A DNA stretch of 64,000 bases, from positions 704,001 to 768,000 of the forward strand of contig OZ242220.1 of NCBI GenBank assembly GCA_965206745.1, written 5' to 3'. This document shows, piece by piece, positions 58,437-64,000 of this stretch; positions within the stretch are counted from its first letter, which is position 1; every line of letters starts with the position of its first letter. Made by a program: the position numbers and the translations under genes. This DNA is from Nitrosopumilus sp. (GTDB lineage Archaea; Thermoproteota; Nitrososphaeria; Nitrososphaerales; Nitrosopumilaceae). A model generated the notes under the pieces. It was given only the letters and a program-made list of their open reading frames with translations. It was not told the origin of the DNA and made no database searches.

Positions 58437-60404
58437 GTGCGTAAGGCAACCATTCCACTCATTTTGGCATTATTCATAGGATTGATATCTATCAGTGTCC
58501 CGCAAACTGTTTTTGCTGCCGGTGCCATCTCAGAGGGTTTTGCAGTAGGTGAGGCTTTACCTGAATGGATAGGCTACGCAATTGTCGTAGGGCTTGGCAT
58601 GGTTTTTGCCGTCATCATTACAATAGAGGTAAAAATTGAGGAAAAATACCTTGGCCTTACACAAACATCTGAGATGTTCAACACTGCCGGACGAACAATC
58701 AAGACTGGACTTACAGCAGCTGCCATTGTATCTGCATGGACGTGGGCTGCCACGCTACTCCAGTCATCAACAGTGGCGTATCAGTACGGCATTAGCGGTC
58801 CTTTTTGGTATGCTGCAGGTGCATCAATTCAGGTTTTACTATTTGGAATTTTAGCTATAGAACTAAAACGCAAGGCGCCAAATGCCCACACATTCCTTGA
58901 AATTATTCGAGCAAGATACGGCAATGGTTCCCACAAAGTCTTTCTCGTTTTTGCATTAATGACTAACATGATTGTAACTGCCATGCTCCTACTTGGAGGA
59001 TCTGCCGTTGTAAACGGCTTGACTGGCATGGACATATCACTTGCTGCATTTTTAATCCCCATTGGCGTTATGATTTACACCCTGGTTGGAGGACTAAAGG
59101 CAACTTTTGTTGCAGATTACATGCATACCATAATCATCTTTGTCGTGATTCTCACTTTTGTTGCAGCTGTGTATGTAAACACTGACATTACTGGTGGTAT
59201 TCAAGGAATGTATGATAAGATAGTAGAGGCAGCAGAGCTACGGCCTGTTGAAGGCAATGCCATGGGTGCATTCTTGACGATGGCCTCAGCTGGCGGACTG
59301 ATGTTTGGTATTATCAATATTGTAGGCAACTTTGGAACAGTATTTGTAGACCAGGCGTACTGGCAGCGGGCAATTGCCGCACAACCATCATCCACTGTAA
59401 AGGGATTCTTGCTTGGCGGTGCATGCTGGTTTGCAATTCCGTTCACCCTTGCCACCACGATGGGACTGACGGCGATAGCGCTTGATGTAGACTTGACACC
59501 AGCTCAAGTCCAAATGGGTCTAGTAGTTCCAGCAGCTGCCACTGCATTAATGGGCGAACTGGGTGCAATCCTGGTGCTGACAATGTTATTTATGGCAGTA
59601 ACCTCTGCCGGATCTGCAGAATTAATTGCGGTATCCTCTCTGATCACTTATGATATTTACCGGACATACAAGAATCCAAATGCCACAGGAAAACAACTGC
59701 TCAAAGTCTCTAGGATTACCATTGTGGGCTTTGGACTTGGCATGGGAGGACTGGCAGTGATACTGTTATCAATAGGGCTGAGCTTAGGCTTTGTATACCT
59801 GGCAATGGGAATCATTATCGGTTCTGCAGTCATTCCTATTGCGCTTACCATACTCTGGAAAAAGACAAACAGGGTGGCTGCCACCTTGGGGGCGGTACTG
59901 GGTCTGCTCATTGCACTGAGTACGTGGGTTATCACTGCATCCTCGTTGCCTGAATACGGCGGTGTAATTGATCTTGCCAGTCTTGGACATAACCAATCCA
60001 TGCTGTTTGGAAACATCGCCGGAATCCTATCTGGCGGAACTATTGCAATAATTGGCAGTCTTATTGCAAACAAGACATTTGACTGGGAGGAACTCAAAAG
60101 CAAGATCACCCTCGTTGAGGTTCAAGCAGATGACGCTCAAACCATGGAAGATGAGGAGACGCTCAAAAAGGCATTCAAATTCAGTCTCAAAGGCGGTGGC
60201 ATTATGACTCTGGTGCTAATTATTCTGTGGCCTATGCCTCTTATTGCATCCGGATACGTCTTTGACATTAATGCGTACAGTTTCTGGGTTGGAATATCAA
60301 TAGTATGGGTCAGTGTAGCGTCCTTCTTCATAATCTTCTTGCCCGTAATTGAAGCAAGAAAGGGAATTGCCAAAATATTTTCAGGTGGCACAAAGGCTAA
60401 ATGA
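58437..60404 (+). CDS. Urea:sodium symporter (DUR3-like, SSS family)
   Basis: SAWTWAATLLQSS, GPFWYAAGA, KAPNAHTF, GNFGTVFVDQAYWQRAIAA, WFAIPF; follows ureC. Confidence 0.93.
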   Translation: MRKATIPLILALFIGLISISVPQTVFAAGAISEGFAVGEALPEWIGYAIVVGLGMVFAVIITIEVKIEEKYLGLTQTSEMFNTAGRTIKTGLTAAAIVSAWTWAATLLQSSTVAYQYGISGPFWYAAGASIQVLLFGILAIELKRKAPNAHTFLEIIRARYGNGSHKVFLVFALMTNMIVTAMLLLGGSAVVNGLTGMDISLAAFLIPIGVMIYTLVGGLKATFVADYMHTIIIFVVILTFVAAVYVNTDITGGIQGMYDKIVEAAELRPVEGNAMGAFLTMASAGGLMFGIINIVGNFGTVFVDQAYWQRAIAAQPSSTVKGFLLGGACWFAIPFTLATTMGLTAIALDVDLTPAQVQMGLVVPAAATALMGELGAILVLTMLFMAVTSAGSAELIAVSSLITYDIYRTYKNPNATGKQLLKVSRITIVGFGLGMGGLAVILLSIGLSLGFVYLAMGIIIGSAVIPIALTILWKKTNRVAATLGAVLGLLIALSTWVITASSLPEYGGVIDLASLGHNQSMLFGNIAGILSGGTIAIIGSLIANKTFDWEELKSKITLVEVQADDAQTMEDEETLKKAFKFSLKGGGIMTLVLIILWPMPLIASGYVFDINAYSFWVGISIVWVSVASFFIIFLPVIEARKGIAKIFSGGTKAK

Positions 60405-60919
60405 CTTTTTGTACCGGCTGTAATGTGACACTTGGATGGAAAAAATTCAACTTTCAAAAGCAATGGCGCGTTGCTGGATATTTTTGCAAATCCTGCATGA
60501 AGAAGATAGGCCAAGACTTTGATGATCATGGAAAGATTACCCTGCCTAAAAGAAAATGTGACTCTTGCAAGCAAGAATTCTTTTTCCTGACTACCACGTG
60601 GCAGGACAAGCAGCGCCATCGTTGCTGCCAAATTTGCAAAGACCTTGACTTTTCCAAGCAATCCTCTGATCAAGACGTATTGCCTCCCGTTCCTCCACGG
60701 GTACCTGCAATGATGGCCATCTTTGCTGCCTTTGGCATCTTGTTGATGATTGTAGGATTTGCATACGTGATGGTGGTAGCCCCCCAGCAGGAATCCAACA
60801 TATTGCATGTAATTATTGGCAGTTGCATGTCAGGTGCGGGTTTTATGTTGGCCAGAAAGATGGTGAAGGTAAGAAAATTGATTTTGGGAAAAAACTTCCA
60901 GAGTCCCAAATCTCTGTGA
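60401..60919 (+). CDS. Uncharacterised double Zn-finger protein with two C-terminal TM helices
   Basis: CTGC, CKSC, CDSC, CQIC; two hydrophobic helices; ATGA overlap with the transporter stop. Confidence 0.8.
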   Translation: MTFCTGCNVTLGWKKFNFQKQWRVAGYFCKSCMKKIGQDFDDHGKITLPKRKCDSCKQEFFFLTTTWQDKQRHRCCQICKDLDFSKQSSDQDVLPPVPPRVPAMMAIFAAFGILLMIVGFAYVMVVAPQQESNILHVIIGSCMSGAGFMLARKMVKVRKLILGKNFQSPKSL

Positions 60920-60996
60920 TGAGAAATACTTGTGTTCTGTCAAATCAGCCCACTTTGGCAATAAATTTTAAATGCAATCTTGTTTCACCTTATGCT

Positions 60997-61083
60997 ATGC
61001 GAACAAGTGATCCAAAGTATCGAAAATACATGTTTATGCTGATTGGAATATGTGCCGCAGTACTGTTATTGGTAAATATTTAA
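60997..61083 (+). CDS. 28-aa single-TM micropeptide
   Basis: MRTSDPKYRKYMFMLIGICAAVLLLVNI with TTTTAAAT about 25 nt upstream. Confidence 0.45.
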   Translation: MRTSDPKYRKYMFMLIGICAAVLLLVNI

Positions 61084-61256
61084 AATTTGTACTGTATCTT
61101 GAAACCCTGTTTTGAAACCATCCGAGTTCAACATGCTAGACAAGTCATTCAGATACTCTGATTTTTTTATATTGAGGGCCTCTCAGCTGACTCGTTCAGG
61201 GTAAATGATGCCTGTACATCTAGGAAAGTTCTGAAGGAACTGTGTTTGGAATGGAT

Positions 61257-64000
61257 TTATCCCTCGGAATCAGTTGGAACGTCAGTTACATGTATGGTAC
61301 CAGGCTGGGGTTCAGATGTAGCTGTACCAACACTGTATGTCCATTCAAATGGGAATGGTAGTGGCGTGTCTCCGGCAGTTGTGGCATCATGTGATACGGT
61401 TCCTTCAAATGTTCCATCATCACGGTTTAGCGTTATGCCAGATGGCAGTGCTTCAGGAAGTACGATGCCATATGTTATGCCAGGTGTCGACCCTGCACCA
61501 ACTATTACACTTGCAAGCGAGGTGGGTATTTGCTGTCCCTCATCGACATCAACAGCGTATGGGCCAGATGTGTCAGGTAGTTCACTTGCTGTTGCAGACA
61601 CAGTAATTGTGTGCGGTTCAGTGCTAGGATCACTAAAACCACCATCACTTAGCGTAAATGTAAATTCGTTATCACCTATATGCTCTTCTGTAGGAGTCCA
61701 TGTGAATTGTGTGGCTGGTCCGGCAGTTACATTAAGTACCGCTCCCAGACTGGTAGGGGATAGATCCCATGTCAAAGGATTGCCATCAAGATCCTCACCG
61801 GTCACAGTAAATGTAACTGGTTCGTCTACAATAGCTGTGATATCGGCATCCGCTGGGATGGTTATGATTGGGTTTCTGACAGGTATTGTAAATTGTACGT
61901 CCCTAGTGACTAGAGTAGTAATTATACCATCAGTCAGTTGGACTGTCATTTCTACCGTTTCACCTTCCTGAGAGCTAACAGGTGTGAATGTGTATTCGCC
62001 GTTAGACGGATCAATGCTTGCGCCACTAGTATTGCCCTCAAGTAGACTCCATACCAGTTCCTCATCACCATCATCATGTGTAGCGGTGAAAGGTATTCTT
62101 ACGAGTTGACCTACAGTGGGCATATCTTCGTAATCTGGTGTGGCATCTATTACCGGTGGTCGGTTGACGTTGGTTACCTCTATGGAACTAGTCTGTTCTA
62201 TGTCAGCATTTGGGCCGCCCTCATCGTCATCATATGTCCACATGAACGTAAAGTTTTGTGTCAAGATTGCATGAGTTGTCGCATTATGGGATACGGTTCC
62301 CGATAATGTTCCATTGGGGTGTAGCGTTATGCCAAGTGGCAGTGTTTCACCGGTTACGAGGGTATATGTTATGACAGATGGCGGAATCTCTACAGGATCA
62401 TCAATTGCACTTGAGAGCGTGGTGAGCATTGTGTCTCCCTCGTTGACACTAACATTGTATGGCTGGCCCATTTTTGGCGCTATATTAACCTCTATCACGT
62501 CAAATTTGATGGTCTCAGTGTCCAATTTCTCTCCAGAATCAGTCAGGGTAAATACAAATCTGACTGTGGATCCACCATGAGTATCATCAGGAGTCCACGA
62601 GAATGCGCCATTCTGATGAATCATTGCATTCGTAGTTGCATTGGCCTGTACAGCCCATACGGGATCAGCATCATTGGTGTCAGGATCCGTACCGTTGAGG
62701 GTAAATGATACTGTTTGATGCTCTAGAGGTGCTCTGCTGATGTTATCTGAAATGGCATCTATCATTGGGCGCCGGTTCTCGTTAGTTACTGTCAGCGTGC
62801 CATTCTGGATAGACGATACTGGGTTGACGCCATCATGATATGTCCATTGGATGGCATAGTCTCGGGTTGGGTTTGAGTAGCTTGCAGTGTTAAATGGGAA
62901 CGTGGCTGAAAATACCCCTGTTCTTGGATCCAGAGAGGTTCTGATGTCGTCAGGTAGGTCAGTGCCGCTTTGTATGATTGCGTATGTGATGGTACCATTT
63001 GCCGGAATCTCAAAGGGGTCACTGACTGCATTTGAGAGGGGTGGGATCCTGCTATTCTCTAATGCTCCTGCATGATAATCCGAAAAGTCAGGCATCTCAT
63101 TTGTCCGTGTGTATGTTACATTAGATACGACAAAATTAATCTCTTCAGTATCTTTTGCCCCTGCAGGATCAGTAAGGGTGACGTTAAATGAGACTGTGTC
63201 TCCATCGTCATACTGGCCACCTGGAATCCACAGGAATGCACCTGTGGCAGGATTGATAATTGCGCCGTCATTGTTTGGAGATATGTTCCATGTTGGAGGA
63301 TTCTCATCTGTATCGGGATCGGTGTCCAGATCCGTACCGTTGAGGGTAAATGATACTGTTTGGAATTCCTCAGGCGTGAGGTCGATATTTAGAGGTGTAT
63401 CAATTACAGGGTCTCGGTTGTCGTTGTTTACTCTGAGTGTGCTGTTTTGAACAGATGATGGACCATTGAAATCCGTATACCTCCATTTAATGTCAAAGTC
63501 TACGAAACTCGGATCAGAGTCTGTAGTGTTAAATGGGAACATAGCTGAAAAGTTACCCGTTGCCGTATCAAAGGAACCCATTACGGTATCTGGTAGGGCA
63601 GGGTCAATTTGTATAATTTCATAACTGGTGGCATTATCTGCTTGAGCTTCAACAGGATCTCGAACTGCTATGGAGAAGGATGGAATCGGCTGCCCCTCAA
63701 GTACCGTCTGTGAATATCTGGTAAATTCAGGTGATTCATTATCTGATGTGAGTTCAGTCTTATCTATCCTAAGTGCGATGGTCTCAATGACTGGTTCATC
63801 TGCTGCATCAGTTAAAGTGAATGTGAACTTTGTTGTGCTGTTGCCATGCTGATCGCCTGGAATCCACAGGAATGTCCCATTTTCTGGATGAATCGTTGCA
63901 CCGGTGGGACTAGTGGAATTGTCTGATACGCTCCATGTTGGTAGAGGATCGTTTGTGTCGGGATCAAAACCACTCATGTTAAATGATATTATGTCAAACT
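61257..64000 (-). CDS. Large acidic Ig/cadherin-like (He_PIG-type) repeat surface protein, 5'-truncated by window edge
   Basis: Repeated NRxPVID..SFTLNGTD.D..W...GA.I.P.TG.F.W.P..FTLTD and LP.G.TL...GT.SG modules; frame open to base 64000 (FDIISFN before the track's Met). Confidence 0.88.
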   Translation of the reverse strand, partial: FDIISFNMSGFDPDTNDPLPTWSVSDNSTSPTGATIHPENGTFLWIPGDQHGNSTTKFTFTLTDAADEPVIETIALRIDKTELTSDNESPEFTRYSQTVLEGQPIPSFSIAVRDPVEAQADNATSYEIIQIDPALPDTVMGSFDTATGNFSAMFPFNTTDSDPSFVDFDIKWRYTDFNGPSSVQNSTLRVNNDNRDPVIDTPLNIDLTPEEFQTVSFTLNGTDLDTDPDTDENPPTWNISPNNDGAIINPATGAFLWIPGGQYDDGDTVSFNVTLTDPAGAKDTEEINFVVSNVTYTRTNEMPDFSDYHAGALENSRIPPLSNAVSDPFEIPANGTITYAIIQSGTDLPDDIRTSLDPRTGVFSATFPFNTASYSNPTRDYAIQWTYHDGVNPVSSIQNGTLTVTNENRRPMIDAISDNISRAPLEHQTVSFTLNGTDPDTNDADPVWAVQANATTNAMIHQNGAFSWTPDDTHGGSTVRFVFTLTDSGEKLDTETIKFDVIEVNIAPKMGQPYNVSVNEGDTMLTTLSSAIDDPVEIPPSVITYTLVTGETLPLGITLHPNGTLSGTVSHNATTHAILTQNFTFMWTYDDDEGGPNADIEQTSSIEVTNVNRPPVIDATPDYEDMPTVGQLVRIPFTATHDDGDEELVWSLLEGNTSGASIDPSNGEYTFTPVSSQEGETVEMTVQLTDGIITTLVTRDVQFTIPVRNPIITIPADADITAIVDEPVTFTVTGEDLDGNPLTWDLSPTSLGAVLNVTAGPATQFTWTPTEEHIGDNEFTFTLSDGGFSDPSTEPHTITVSATASELPDTSGPYAVDVDEGQQIPTSLASVIVGAGSTPGITYGIVLPEALPSGITLNRDDGTFEGTVSHDATTAGDTPLPFPFEWTYSVGTATSEPQPGTIHVTDVPTDSEG
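62684..63362. repeat. Internal 34-bp exact repeat marking roughly 640-bp domain-pair duplications
   Basis: gatccgtaccgttgagggtaaatgatactgtttg at 62684-62717 and 63329-63362. Confidence 0.85.

Larger units (their letters stand above)
52777..61194. mobile_element. Putative urea-utilisation island bounded by 11-bp direct repeat CAGCTGACTCG
   Basis: Repeat at 52777-52787 and 61184-61194 encloses ureDGFE, ureABC, the urea transporter and two small genes; no integrase or transposase inside. Confidence 0.4.

Noticed and set aside
61246-61971. 241-aa plus-strand ORF and other long antisense ORFs (e.g. 44387-45133, 48357-49079, 20338-20907, 60137-60808)
   Set aside because: They are shadows of well-supported genes on the opposite strand and carry no motifs of their own.

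Overview
Chromosomal window from an ammonia-oxidising archaeon (Nitrosopumilaceae-like). The assignment is inferred from S24e/S27ae, class I LysRS, TBP, the archaeal AroA'/AroB' shikimate route, CofGH, MqnC and mostly leaderless genes behind TATA boxes. Most of it is housekeeping: ribosomal proteins, ThiDN/ThiC, a complete aromatic amino acid operon, futalosine and F420 genes, LysS-Elp3, PurM, HtrA, TBP and a tRNA-Arg(GCG). Accessory parts are two paralogous low-complexity genes sharing an identical 405-bp block, a variable stretch after the tRNA, a CA-like/NRAMP/ferritin metal cluster and a histone-H1-like repeat gene. At the right end is a urease module (ureDGFE divergent from ureABC, a DUR3-type urea transporter and a coupled Zn-finger membrane protein), followed by a large Ig/cadherin-repeat surface protein running off the window. 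The most interesting observations are these. (1) The urease module is bracketed by an 11-bp direct repeat that falls where a decayed in-frame tail of the surface-protein gene stops. (2) An uncharacterised 4xCxxC/2-TM gene is translationally coupled to the urea transporter. (3) A tRNA-sized multi-stem RNA lies upstream of a tRNA-binding protein gene. (4) Several Cys-rich and membrane microproteins fall below the ORF-track cutoff. All calls come from reading the sequence by eye; no searches were run.
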